From: Camelus ferus
Taxonomy: Eukaryota
Assembly (NCBI RefSeq): GCF_009834535.1
Contig: NC_045729.1
Coordinates: forward strand, 15,934,001-15,998,000
Reading direction: 5' to 3'
DNA length: 64,000 bases
The notes below the pieces were generated by a model, which saw nothing but the letters and a program-made list of their open reading frames with translations, did not search any database and was not told the origin of the DNA. The position numbers were made by a program, and so were the translations under genes. Positions 11,360 through 24,509 of this stretch are shown piece after piece (positions within the stretch are counted from its first letter, which is position 1; each line of letters opens with the position of its first letter).

Positions 11360-12330
11360 GGTTGAGTAAACAGGAAACTATCGACCCCACGCAGGAAATG
11401 ACCTTGTCCCAGGGGAGCGAAGGTGCCGCGGATTTCCCTTTTTCCTTCAGTTCCCGTCTAAACGCATTTCCGGGTTTCGATCAATTTGGTCCTTCAGTGC
11501 CAGAGCCGACTCCTTTCGGCTCTTCCCTGTCCCACCCTAGACGGCATCCCTGAGCGAATGGCCAATAGGCCCTTTCCTTTAGTGGACATTTTTAGGCCTC
11601 GCTTTACATCACAGCAAATCTCAACCAATCAGTAGTTGGGGTAGGAGGTACCCAAATAATCTTCACTTCCTTCCCAAACAGCTGCCCCTCGCTCGCGTCA
11701 TCCTGATAGATTACTTAGGTAGCCAATCAACAAGCAACTTTGGGCCCGGCCTACCTTAAAACCAATCAATTAAAATGAAGACGGGGAATTGGGCGGAGAA
11801 TGAAAAACTTGCCCCCTCTTTTGGAAATGGTTTGGAGAGGTGCGTTCGGACCTCGTGAACTTACAATTTTACGCCAGCGATCACCGCATACTGCGTATCT
11901 CAAACGCTCCAGTTCTGCGCCCCTTGGACCTCACCCCAATCTGAGCCCCACCCTTCACAGGCCTCCCCCATCACCCATTTCAGTAGAACACATCCCTCTC
12001 CTGAATCCTCCGGAAAAGAACTAAACCCCAGAGGCCCGTGCTTTACACGCTCCTCCCCGCGCCGCAGAGCAGGGGGAAGGAGAGACCCTGCAGCCTCTGG
12101 CGCCAATCTTTCCATTCAGTGCGTCTCTCCTCCCTTCCCCACGTTCCCGGGTCAGAGCTGACACGGGAGTGGGAGGAGCCGAGGGGGGGCGGCCCGCTCC
12201 GCTGAGGGAGAGGCTACAGCTTCTTAAGGTGGCACCAAGCTGTTGGGTGGCTGGGCCTCTGAACCACTGGGATGGGACGTCCTCCTGCCTCCCAACGTCG
12301 CTTCCCACGCCGTGTCTCATCTCTGGTCTC
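11360..12330. promoter_or_regulatory. Orphan multi-CCAAT (NF-Y-type), CpG-enriched promoter-like region
   Basis: CCAAT at 11562, 11625, 11723, 11762, 11936 and 12103, ATTGG at 11788, GC box gggcgg at ~11791, and raised CpG. Confidence 0.65.
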
Positions 12331-13955
12331 CTAACCGTAGTCCTAGTCTTATTTTTAGAAACAATACACAGGTTAGGTAGAGGATATAAAGTTAAGCTAA
12401 TAAAATAATGAAGCTATTCAAAGAAAATACAAACCGTGAAGAGAACTTTTCCTTTACGATTTAATCACTTGTGCTGTGTTCTCTTCTTTTTCTCCAGAGA
12501 TTACCTTTTAAAGCAGCGGCTAGAATTTTTTCTGACGTGCAAATATGAGCTCAGATTTTGTCTGATCAATATTTCTAAGTGAATGGCTTGTATGATTGTT
12601 TATTATCTCCCCGCCCAGATCTGACGAAGCCTCTGAAGGAAGCAAGAACCCGTAGTGCCTAGTGGCTGCTCCTCCTTTTACCGAGGGTCCCTTGAAGCTG
12701 GAAGAGGGGAGGTGGTATTTTGGGGCCGCCTTGCAGCCTCCCCTATGGTTAAGTCTTCTCATTTGTAAGATGGGGATAATAATACCTACCTTCCAGGTTT
12801 AGTGTGACTACTAAAAGACTTAGTGAAATGAAAACACGTTGTAATCTGAAAGGTGTGAAAAAACATTAGACGATGTTATAAATGTAAGGCATATAATCAT
12901 AGTAAACATTTACATGGTTCTTACTATGTTCCAGCACTTTTTACACAGATTTTTAAAAACTGTTTTGTAAAATTTCAAAGACATATATAAGTAGAGAGAA
13001 TAACATTAAACACAAACAAGTCCATGTTTGTAATAAGCAACACACTTGCCTAATCTTTTATTATCTATGCATCTCTCCTCCATCACTGATTTTGAAGCAA
13101 ATTTCAGGCATTTCACAATACTTCAGTATGCATCTTTAAAAGATAAAGGTGTCTTAAAAATAATAACACTATTCTGTTAACACAACTAAAATATAATAAT
13201 TCTTTGATATCACCAAAGCCAGGATTGAAATTTCACCAATTGCTTTTTAATATTTTTTCCAGTTGCTTTCCCAAATGTCTACATTTTATATTTGATGGAT
13301 AGGTCTCTTGATCCATATACACTGCATTTCATTGATGTGTCTTTTAAGACTCTTTCAATGTCTAGGTTCCCCTTCCTTCATGCACTTATCTAAGTGCATT
13401 CTATGCATGAAACCCCAGCACTCTGAAATAGGTAATATTATTACCTCCATTTTACTGATGAGAAAACTAACAGAGCAGTTTAAATGACTTAAGTACTCAG
13501 TTACTGCATATCAAAGCTGGGATTTGAATACATGAATTTTATCCACTATACCATGTTTCATAAAATACCCAAGTCTTACATAAATGCTTCCAAAATGTGT
13601 ATTGAGGCATATTGATCATCAATATTGCGAAGTGTTTTGCTCAAAGTAGACTAGCACTCAAGAAGAATTATATAATATGTTCTAGAGAAGTGTGGATCCT
13701 TGCATTTTGATTCCTTGCATGTTTCAGTGGCTATATGTTTATTCTGCTCCATATCACCCTCCTTAATAGAAAGTAAGGGGAGAATTAATGCAAATGCTTC
13801 TCCCTGTCATAGGGTAAAAACAAAACTAGTTTATCAATTTCTTTTTTTAATTAAAAAAATTACATAAGGAAAGACCATAAAAACATTAATACATAGTGTT
13901 TGATATGGATGTAGAAAATGAGGTAAATTATAATAATCTTTGGTATATATCCATC

Positions 13956-14005
<50 letters not shown>

Positions 14006-15719
14006 AATATATGCACACACATACCTATATATTTTAAAAAGCAACTATCTAAACATATTATACAAACTATTTTTTAACACTATTTTCTCACTGGAATATA
14101 TTTAGGTATATGAAAAAATGGATTCTTTAAAATAATACCTGTCTGTTGCAAAATATCTAAATAGTAAAGGAGACATAAAAAGAAAAATAACTCCTCCCTC
14201 ACTAATTCTACTTCTCAGAGTTAAATAGTATTCTATTACACAGCTGCACCATCGTGTATTTAACTTTATTATGGATATTTAAGTTGTTTCCAATTTTCTA
14301 CAGTTATAAGTAATGCTGCAGCAAATATCGTGTATATGTCAAATAATTTCTTGAACTTTTAATTTTTATCAGTTTCTAGGAAAAGAGAATCTAATCCTTC
14401 CCTAATTTTCCTATTTTTAGTTTTTTAATTTTTTTTTTAGTTTTTAATTTTCCCAGCTCCTTAAATTCCATATATATAAAAAATGTCAAAAAAAAAAGGT
14501 TGAAAAAAGAAACATAACAAAACACCTAACACATAGCAAGAAACATGTGATGCTAAACTATGTGTGGGAGAATGAATTAATACTTCAAAGAGGAGGAGAA
14601 AGTAACAGCTTTAATCCTGGATATTGGAAGGGTGGTAAGAAAGAAAAGACTCAATTGGAATTCATTTCCTTTAATTACAATTAGAGGAATGACTTTGAAT
14701 TCTGACAGCTCAGGAAAACGGAATAGAAGTTGAGTCATTTGGATTTTGGACTTGTTAGTTTAAGTCCTGACTTTGCTACTTACTAATCATTTGAACTCAG
14801 ACATAGTCAATAACTCTGAGTCAGTTTTCTCATCTGTAAAATAGGTATAATAATAATGCCTTATGGGATTGCTAGAAGAATTAAATGTGATAACGCATGC
14901 ATAGCTCAACGTGTGGCACATTGTAAATATAATGTAATTATTTATTTAAATAAAATACAGTGTTTTATATTTAGTCAGAAGGCAAAAAAAGACTTTATTA
15001 TCTAAATGTGAAATACAGTGAACAAGCTGTAATCTTGAATATGCAGGGTTTTTTTTTTAGTAATTAAAATATTTCATGGTTAATATTTTCTCTTTCTTAT
15101 TATTTTATGTGACAGTAAATAGGGTAGTTTGAGAAACGTCTAATAGGCCAGAGGAGGAAATATATAAGAATTTGCAGAGAAGTAACATGATTCCAGGAGG
15201 AGAAGTGGACATGGTCTGCCTCGGGGCGTCTTCTGTCTCTGGGTGGGGATTATTCTGTACGGGGCAGAGGATGAGAGCAGGTCATTCTGTGACCAGGATG
15301 AGAGATGCTATAGGATTGTCAGGGGAACTGATGCCAAACCGTGCAGTTTAAAGAGCATTTTCACGTAAAGGCGCTCATTTGACTCTTGCAGCAGCCTTAT
15401 TGGGTAGGCAGGGCGAGTATTAGGATCCGCTCTTCGCCGACCAAGAGTCCATAGAACAAGGGCCTTGCACAACTTTATAAAGCAAGATTTTCTGATGTTC
15501 AGTGCAGAGTTTTCTCCGTTGCACGTTCATTTCTCGCTTTATACATTCAACAAGCATTTACTGAACTCCAGGATGGTATCGGGGTAACATGTTAACTTCG
15601 CCCCAACCCCATAACCCTTCAGAAGCTATCTCAGGGGAAAGAGAAGCCCAGCACATTCTTGAGAAAACCGGAGACGATCATCTGTATATAGAAGACAATG
15701 AAAAAAAGGTCGGTGTGGC

Positions 15720-16560
15720 AGACTGAGAGTGTTGAATTGCAATTGACAGTTCGCGTGGCGCGAACGACGGAATCTCCCGATGGACAGCAGGGGGTTGTCA
15801 TCTTGGGTGGATGCCGAGCGGCACGGAGCCGCGCGGCGGGGTGGCGGCCGGAGGGGAGCGAGGGCGGCGCGCCGGCGTGTCCCCCGGGAGCGCGGGAGCG
15901 GCGGTGCGGCTCCCCGGGCGGAGCTCGGCTCCCGGGGCGGAGCGCACCCCCGGCGGCGCGGCCCGCGGCTCGGCGCCGCCCGCTCCTCCTTAACCCGCGC
16001 GGGGAGGCGGTGGCGGCGGCGGCCCGGCGGGCGGGGGCGGGGGAGGGGCGCCGAGCGCGGCGCGGAGGCCGGGGAGGAGCCGGGGCCTGCAGCGGAGCCT
16101 AGCCGAGCCCGAGCCCCAGCCGAGCCCTGACACTGTCCGTCCGCCTCCTGGCTCCCCGGGAGCCCGGACCGGCCGGAGCCCGAGCGGTGGTGGCGCGGGG
16201 AGCCCCGCGCGCCGGAGGGAGCGGAGCGGACGGGACGGGACTAGAGGAGGCGCGGCCGCCGCAGGAGCCGCCAGTGACGGGAGTCGGGAGCCGCGGCCTC
16301 CCGGCCCCTGCTGCCCAGGCCAGCTCCGGCGGAGCGGGGAGTACGAGAACCCCACCCTCGGGGGCGCCCCAGGAGCGGAGGCGGGAGCGGGGACGGAGTG
16401 GAGACCCTTAGCGCTCGGGCGAGGGAAAGAAGGGACCCCTCTCGGGGGCGAGTCTCTCCTCCCTAGGGCCGAGGAAGAGCCCCACACCGGCCCGGGAACA
16501 GAGCTCCAGAAGTAGAACGGGGTGATCCTTCCCAAAGGCGGCCGAGTGAGGCGCCCCGAC
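15720..16560 (+). promoter_or_regulatory. FOXJ2: FOXJ2 CpG-island promoter
   Basis: Extreme GC/CpG density with GC boxes and G-runs, continuous with the presumed exon 1. Confidence 0.85.
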
Positions 16561-16974
16561 GTGCCTCCACTGCTCCAAACACACTCTCAGCAGTCCTGGA
16601 CTTTCGAGGCTAAGGGCAAGGGGGCTATGCCAATGGAGTAGGCACCCTGCCTCCTCCCCAGTACTCACAGCGCAGAGGACTCCTTAAATTCAGAAGCGGA
16701 GGACACTCCTTGGAAGGAAGAGGAATCAGCTCTCAGCCTTTCAGGAGAGGGGAAGGAATTCCCCAACTTCCTTGTACCTAGACAGTGGAACAGGGCAAAG
16801 CCCCTCCGCTCAGGTCTCCAGCAGAAGGAAAGAAGCCCTCCACTCCAGGCAGATTCAGTTTGGGGGGGAGGGGGACTCCCCCGAGGGGGAGGAGACAACT
16901 CCTGGTTGGGAGAGGCTCCTCCCCTCCTCCCCAGGGAAACTGGCCGAGTGTGGGGGGTGTGCCACCTTCCCCAG
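16090..16974 (+). other. FOXJ2: FOXJ2 exon 1 (long non-coding 5' UTR; start approximate)
   Basis: Extends from the CpG island to donor CAG|GTAGGA at 16974/16975. The next exon begins 14 nt before the ATG. Confidence 0.6.
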
Positions 16975-18301
16975 GTAGGACCTCCTTCTCCTCCTCCTCC
17001 CCCTCCTCCCTCCGCTCCTCATCCTCTGGGAACCCAGTTCTCCTCCCCAGCTTGGGAGGCTCCGCCAAACACAGGAAGAGCCACTGAAGATGAGGCTCTC
17101 CATCTGCCTTTGAAGAGGGGAGACCCTCCAATCCCCAAACTCCAGTGCCAGGTGGTCCCCTCCCTCCGCGGGGGGAAACTTGGAGACAGGTTAGTGTTCT
17201 CTTTCATCTTCTCTCTGTCATCTTTAGGCACTAGTGGGTGTAGGGGGCTGAGACGGTTTCTTGGGTTTCATTACTTGGGAAGGTGGAGTGATAACTCAGA
17301 GAACCTTCTGGGAAATGTGTTCTGAAGCTGCTGGATTCAAACCCTCATCTCGCTTCAGAGGGTCTTGAGAAATGGGTTTCTTAGTGTTTGGGGACTAAAG
17401 GGATGGGAGTCATTTGAGGTCCCCAGGGACGAGTGTTTTCCTGCTGAGGGCAGAGGGATATCAGAAAACGCCTGCCTCTTCAGTGCTCCATCCATGCAGT
17501 GTGGTAACGATGGACTCTTCCCAGCTGGACTCCCGTGCCACCCTCTATCCTTGGGCTTTTTCACCCAGAGAGTGCGCCCTCACTAAAGTCATGGTGGCAT
17601 TTCGTGGCCTGGCCTTGTTGGGGCTTCCATTGGTATTACATTTTCTTATCTGTAACCCTAGGTCGCTAATGTCCACCAGAGCTGTTCTCTCCAACCCACT
17701 GTGATTACTGCTTCCTTAATAAGAAAGGCAGTCTGTCTCCACTCACCCTACCTCTGACACCAAGAGACCTCCTCTCATGACATCCCCACTCTGGCTGGAA
17801 GCATGTCTTACCAATAAAATCCACAGGAAAAATGGGGATCCCTTGCCCTGAAGCAAGGGGGAAGGGTGCAGGGAAACACCAGCTCCGCGGTAAAGTTCTT
17901 CCCTAATGCTGGCCGGGTACCACTGCCCCAGTGCCTGACACCACTCCTGTCCTTCACTGACAGTTCCTTAGGAAAAGGCAGATACTGGACAGGAGAGGAG
18001 AGTGGCTGCTCAGCCTCCTTCCAGTCTGCCATCGAAATAAGTTGGCTGCCAGGGAGATTTGACCCCTGAGGAGTTTACTTTCAGAAAAGCGCTAATAGTG
18101 ATGTCCTCCCCCATCCTGTTTCTTGTTCAGTTCTGGGGCTCTGGAACCTTATATGTAAGTATTCTTTCATAAGATAATAGCAAGAATCATAGAAGCCCAG
18201 AATCTTCAGAAAAGGCAAGAAAAAGGTGCCAGGAAATCCTTCTAGCTGAGCCTGGGCTGTGGGTTTAGTAGCGCTGCTCTGCCTTTCAACCTGGGATCCA
18301 G

Positions 18302-18420
18302 AGGGAGGGTATAATGCAGTAGAGTGCATGCTTACCATGCACAAGGTCCTGGGTTCAATCCCCAGTACCTCCTTTAAACAAACAAACAAACAAACCTACT
18401 TACCTCCCCCCCTGCCCCAA
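18302..18420 (+). mobile_element. Vic-1-like SINE
   Basis: agggagggtataatgcagtagagtgcatgcttaccatgcacaaggtcctgggttcaatccccagtacctcc + (aaac)n + cctacttacctcccc. Confidence 0.85.
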
Positions 18421-21400
18421 ATCAACCTGGGATGCCTAGCTGGGTGCCACCTTTCTGCCTTAGGAGAATCCTTGTCTCCTGTAAGGGGTCTTAGACCCCA
18501 CAGGGAGTCCAAGTGGGAGGCTTCATCTTGTTTGGGTTTTTATGTTTCATCCTTTCTCTGCTGGGCATTGGGTGGACTGCCTAAGTCCCTAAGTACATCC
18601 ACTTGGTCCTGGAAGCTGCCTGTTGGTCGTGGGACAGGACACAGGGCTATAAGCCAGGTTGGTATGGCTGTGCTGTACAGTGATGTGCATATGTTTCTTG
18701 ATTCAGGTGGATGTGGCTCTCAGTCTGTGTTTTGAATGGGTATGTGTGTGGGGACAGGTACACGTGTGATTTTCAGATGAAGCCATCAATTACTTAGACC
18801 TGTATGTTGCTGGTAGGCCTCTAAAAGCAGGTGCAGGGATGCGGAGAGGGTGCTGGCCAGGATGCCCAGCTGGGAGGAAAGGCTTGGCCTGCCTTGGTCA
18901 GCCGGACCCCTCGCAAATGGCTGCACGAAAGCCACCCCCTACAGCAGGGCAGCCCAGTCTCAGGTTGGGACCACATCTTCTAGGACTAATAAGAGAGCTT
19001 CATTCTGATATCTCTGGTCTGAAAAGCATTGGCTCTTAAATCTAGAACTCCCTCCCCCATTTTCTGAAAAGGGACGGCTCTGTGTAAGAGCAGCCTGTTT
19101 CTCACAAATTACTTTACCAGATGCTGGAACACAACTTGCTGAGTGGCTCAGAGTGAAGTGTCGCACGACACCTCCAGGTGTGCCACTGCCACATGGTGTA
19201 ACTGGCTCTGCTGGGACTGAGCTTCCCCACTGCTCCTCGCCTCCGCGGAATCACTTAGAAGCAGATGGCTACAGGGCTGGATTAACTATGGTTTAGAGAG
19301 TGCCGTGTTCCAGATCGTGTCTAATGACTAGACCTAGTTCCCCCTGACAAATAAGAGATGATATTCCCCCATTTCTTCATTCTTGAGCATTTACTCAGTT
19401 CTGGCCTTGGTCAGAATTGGGGTGCCACTCTTCCCGATGGAAAAGTTTGAGATTCTGACGTCCTGAAAATGACTGCAAACTCAGTGTAGGCTTTGCAATG
19501 TAAACCACTGCAGGCTTGCTACTTCTAGTCTTACCTGTATGGTCTGTCAGTTTTCTAATTTTTAATTTCTAATAGTCTCTCTCATTTAAAAATAATAATT
19601 GCTCCACTTACATAACACTTAGTAAGTGCTTTAATATGTTTAACTCAAGGTAATCCTCACAACAACCCTATGTAGGTACAGTTATTATGTAGGTACTATT
19701 TTATAGTGAAGAAACTACCACACAGAGAGGTTAAGTGACTTGCCTGAGGTTGCACAGCAAGCAGGTAGTGGAGCCAGGAAGTAAGCCCAGGCACCCTGGC
19801 TGGTAATTGGTAACATGGTAAACTTAACCGCTGCTCTGTGAGTTTTATACAGAGCAAGAAGTTATCACTCCTTAATGCCTGACCTTGGTGCCCTGCGGAG
19901 AACAATAACTGGCTTTTTAGAGAAAATGGGAAGAAAACTGTGCCTGTTACTTTGGCTCCTCTGGGTCTCATCCAGGACCAGTCTTCCCCTCCACCAGGAT
20001 GTCTTTGTGTTTTTCTCTGCCTTTCTCCTGTCTTCATCAGAGGTCCAGTGGATGGGATGGAGCCTGCCCTTTGGCTGCCTTTCCCAGTCTCTATGAGTAT
20101 TTCCTTTGAGTTTTCCAGCTCACAGAGAAGAATGTAGCCTGACTCAGGTTCTGCCCCAGCCCAGTGGCACGAGGCCCACCTGGGGAGAGAGGTCTGGGTA
20201 ACTAGGTTGTTTGGACTGAGACATGGAAGTACCTTTTGTGTGCCTTTCTAATAATAGCCCTGCATTTAAGCCTGGTGTCATTATTTTGGGGATTGTGGAA
20301 TGTGTGGCTGCCTGAAGCTCATGAAGCTTCATTCACTTCCCTCCAGGAATGAAGCTTTGACAGTGTGGATGCCTTCATCCCTGTTATCGAAGCGGGAAAC
20401 TGAGGCGTCAGGACTTCAGGGAGCCAGGGATGGTCAGGGACATCCAGTGAGTCAGTGTCAAGGTTCGGAACAGAACCGGGGGACCTCATTCTCTGAGGTA
20501 TCATGCACTGGGCTGCCCCTCAAGAATGGGGAAGTGATGGGGTGGGGGGTAGTGAGGAAGCAGGGATGGGTTTAGGGAGAATGGTGCTCAGAGATCAGAA
20601 GGGTCTTTTGCTGCAAGCGTTTTGCAGGTCTTGTAGCTGGTAAGATCTGGAGGTATTTTGAGTGCTGGGGCGGTATCTGGAGGGCTGGTGGGGAGGGTGC
20701 TGGTGGAGAAAGGTTAAATTTAACCTCCGTGTCCTAACCTGGTGCTGGGCGAAGGATAGGGAAGGGCACAGAGCAAGTAGCAAAAGGCTGAGGGTGCTTC
20801 CCTTTCTGGAATTCTCAGTGATTGGCACTTGCCAGATGGGTTCTGTAAACTCCTTCGAATTTACTCTCCTGTCCCTCCCTGTCTAAGATGGGGAGAGTTT
20901 CAAACGAAATGTCCCCTGAAGGCTTCTTTGTCCCTAAGGTGAGATTTCCCAGGGATCTTTAGCAGGATGATAGGGAAGAGGGCAAAACTTCCTTGTGGAC
21001 CCAGGAGAACCTTGGTCACTGGGAACCTGCACATTGTCATGTTCCTGGGATACATGTCAGCTGGGAGCCCACCTCCAGGACCCATCGATGCAAGGAAGTG
21101 CCCTGCTTTACCCCAGAGACTGGCAGCTTTGACTTAGTGAAGTGCTGGGAGGTCTGAGCCGTCCTGGAATGACTTAATGTCCCTATTAGTTTCCAAGTTG
21201 TCATGGTTTTCGGACAAGGTGGTGGTGATGGGCTGGGAAGGAGCTAGGGAGAGGAGCTAAGGATAAAGGAGAAACCCCTTCATGATGCTGTTTACAAACA
21301 GAAACTTTGGATTTTTTTTCTCCTGTCAAGCAATTCTTAGGGTTGCAATTGGGGCTCATGCTGCCCAGATTCCTGAAGCGCTAAGGTGTCTCCTTGAGCC

Positions 21401-21579
21401 TTGTGGAGTGGGCGTGTTGCTGGTGAGCAGCTCAGGGCAGGGGACAGTGCGTGTGCATGCAGAGGCTGCCTGGGTGGGGACCTGGCGGCAGAGGGAGATG
21501 AGTGCGAATGCTGACCCTCTGGAGAAAGTCCCAGGGGGAGAGGAATCACTACCTGGAGGAGTGAGCAGATAGCTTGCAA

Positions 21580-22450
21580 GGTGTGTTGGAGGCCGGAGAG
21601 AGGGGGGTTGAGCTTTTACCTACAAAGTGGGTGGGTTTGTGTGTAGTTGTACGTAATGCGTGTGCCTATAATCTGGGTGTGGATTTGGAGATTCCATACG
21701 GATTATGTTTTCAGTCCAGGATTCTGAACTCTGGCTCTTCAAAAGAAATGCCTTGATGGGACTGTCAGCAGGGGTCGGAGGAAGAAACACGAGCTGGGAT
21801 CTGCTGGCCCGGTGCAGGCACAAGCCTGTTAGGCAGCAAGCGCTTAGGGGGTTGCTGGCACCGTCGCTAGGGGGGTGCCAAATGGCCAGCAAGTGGTTCC
21901 TGCCAGCCTTTCTAGACCCAGTGTTCCTCACCTTCCCCCACCAAGACGTCACTCGAGCTGCACCTCTCCGCCGGCGAGAGCGCCCAGGCTGCGTGGGTGG
22001 CGGCCGGGCGCGCAAACAGCAGGCGGGGGCGGTCTGGCAGCGCCAGGAGTTTGCATGGAGGTGCCGTGCCTGGTTGGGAAGGAAGGAGGGAGGAGGAGGG
22101 CGGGAGAAGCCGAGCCAGCTCTTCGCCCCAGAGTGGCTATTTTTAGTCCTGCTATCTGATTGTTACCGGTGCGCACACAGCTGGGTGTCTCCCTGGCGGA
22201 GCAGCCGGGCCAGCCGCTGGGAGGGCCTTGCCGATGACTTCTTCCTGGTGTCGGTGTCTGTGGGCGGGAGCTCGCAAGGGGGAGCTTTCAAGGTGCGAGG
22301 GCGGCTGGGCTCGGATCTGTTACCTCGGCGTGTGACTTTGTGCTCTGCTGGTAACGTACGCCGCGTATCTAATTGTGATCTGTTGATGTGTCTGGCATCT
22401 GCCCTTGGCTGGTTGTCACACTGTCACTTACGCTTGGGCTATAGCTAAGA
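21580..22450. promoter_or_regulatory. Intronic CpG-rich element in FOXJ2 intron 1
   Basis: Local CpG enrichment; MEF2 CTATTTTTAG at 22137-22146, CRE-like at 21944-21951, E-box at 22178-22183, GC boxes. Confidence 0.55.
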
Positions 22451-23079
22451 CGCCTCAGGTCCAAGTGTGTGGGATCAAAAGGACCAGCACAGGAATGTGA
22501 TTAATATGAAACATCTTCGAAAGTGCGGGCGTGTGTTTCGTTATTGTACACTCTTGTTTACTCAACCTGTTTGTCTTCACATGTTCTTTCGCGCTGTCTG
22601 AGGATGTTGTGTGTCAATATAACAAGCGTCACATAATTGGAGAATAGACTTTGGCTGATTTTACCTGCTAAGTGTTTTGTTTGTTTGTTTTAATTTCTAC
22701 ATGGTTTTAAAATATTCTGTTGCTGGGCTTTAAGTAAAAAGAATTGAGGGAATAGCTCAATTTGGTGAGTGGTTTGATCTCTCTTTTCATCCTGCGTGAA
22801 GGGAGTGGCCTCTTGGCCATGTTCCACATGAAGATGTAGGAAAAGTACTGGAGAAGTGTCACCTGGTAGGTGATGGTGACATGTCCGTTTGGGGGTTCTG
22901 GGAACACCTGGTTGAGGGCTGTCCCATGAGAGGAGTTTTCTATGAATTAGAGTAGGGGGGAGCCTCCTTCCCTTAGAGCACCAGGATTTGTGTATTTCTT
23001 GCTGCCCGTAACCGCAGGTAGCACTCATCTATTGTTTTCCTCTTGCCTTTTCCTCTTCTCTGCAGAACCTCGAAGTACC

Positions 23080-23412
23080 ATGGCTTCTGACCTAGAAAGT
23101 AGCCTCACCTCCATAGACTGGCTCCCCCAGCTGACCCTCCGAGCGACCATTGAGAAGCTTGGGAGTGCCTCCCAGGCTGGGCCTCCAGGCGGCAGCCGCA
23201 AATGTCCGCCAGGCTCACCCACGGATCCTAATGCCACCCTGAGCAAAGACGAGGCAGCGGTCCACCAGGACGGCAAACCCCGCTACAGCTATGCCACCCT
23301 CATCACCTATGCCATCAACTCCTCCCCAGCCAAGAAGATGACCCTCAGTGAGATTTACCGCTGGATCTGCGATAACTTCCCCTATTACAAGAATGCTGGC
23401 ATTGGTTGGAAG
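23080..23412 (+). CDS. FOXJ2: Forkhead box J2, coding exon 2 (start codon, N-terminal part of the forkhead domain)
   Basis: Acceptor tgcag|aacct at 23066. [18 protein letters not shown]...[46 protein letters not shown]; donor AAG|GTGGGA; 333 nt. Confidence 0.97.
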
Positions 23413-24212
23413 GTGGGATGGCTTCCATAACCTGAGATCATTCTTAGCCTTGACAACCTTTTCCTCTGCTTTTATTTCTTCCTATAACATGGTCCATTTC
23501 ACTCTGAGCTGTCTCAGTGATATGTGAACTTGAAATCGCAAATCTCCCATCCCTTATTTTTTTGCAGAGTTGAACAACTTTCAGAAGGTATCGTGGGGAA
23601 ACTCCAGTGATACCGAGCCTCTCGGTATAGTTATGGGGGAGGCAGGATGCGGTCATACCCTCCTCTCTGGTTCCTCAAAAAGGAGATTCATTCATTTCAC
23701 AGATTATCTATTGCCACCCTCTGTTCACATCACTGTGCAAGGCATGGCACTGCTCCAGCCCACCTAGAGGCAGAATCTCGTCAGATCTCCAAAACTTCAT
23801 GGCACATAGTCATCTTTTAAAAAACTGTACCAAGAAAAAAATGTAGTATAATTAAGTCCTTTAGCAACAGCTCATCCACCAAGCAAGTAATGAGAAGAGG
23901 CTAAGTTGTTTGGCTGGAGATAAAGGAAGAAGGGGCCTCCTCTTCCAAGCAAAGAAGGAAGACTGATGGTCTCAGTCCTTCACAGCACAACTCACTTGCC
24001 AGCTGTGGAGTAGGAATGGGGATTTAATGCAGTATAGTCACTCTGTAAATCACCTGCTGACTTGCAGACCAGATGATGCGCTGGAGAGTGTTGAAGGCAT
24101 TCCGTTTTTCCTTTATAAATATGTCCCTGCTAGCCGCCACCACCCCCAACCTCACCCAGCACAGGCATGCAACAATAGTTCTTTCCTCCAGGAGTATTTT
24201 CTTTCTTTTTCA

Positions 24213-24335
24213 GGGGGGAGGTAATTAGGTTTATTTATTTATTTATTTATCTTCTTAATGGAGGTACTAGGGATTGAACTCAGGACCTCATGCATGCTAA
24301 GCATGCGCTCTACCACTGAGCTAGACCTATCCCCT
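24213..24335 (-). mobile_element. Vic-1-like SINE
   Basis: ggggaggtaattaggtttatttattt...ggaggtactagggattgaactcaggacctcatgcatgctaagcatgcgctctaccactgagct. Confidence 0.88.
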
Positions 24336-24509
24336 GATATTTCTTTCCTCCAAATGTGACCATTCTATGAGCTGTTGAGAAGACAGAAGGTGAACTGTGC
24401 CTTGTTTCACTCGTAATTTATATTTTGTTATCATTTACATAATTGGTTTTAAAACATTGTTCTTTTATTACTGATAGGATGAATTAAAGAACTGGGCAGA
24501 TGTGTTTTT

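Noticed and set aside
13955-14010. (TA)n(CA)n and similar dinucleotide runs (also ~9497, ~26650, ~41645, ~44798) and the ORFs they generate
   Set aside because: Ordinary microsatellites. There is no repeat-spacer structure, so no CRISPR-like array.
15698-17325. Many ORFs across the FOXJ2 promoter and exon 1
   Set aside because: GC-rich shadows of a CpG island and 5' UTR; no homology recognised.
21705-22448. 247-aa ORF in FOXJ2 intron 1
   Set aside because: Non-ATG start, lies in a GC-rich element, no recognisable motif or splice support.
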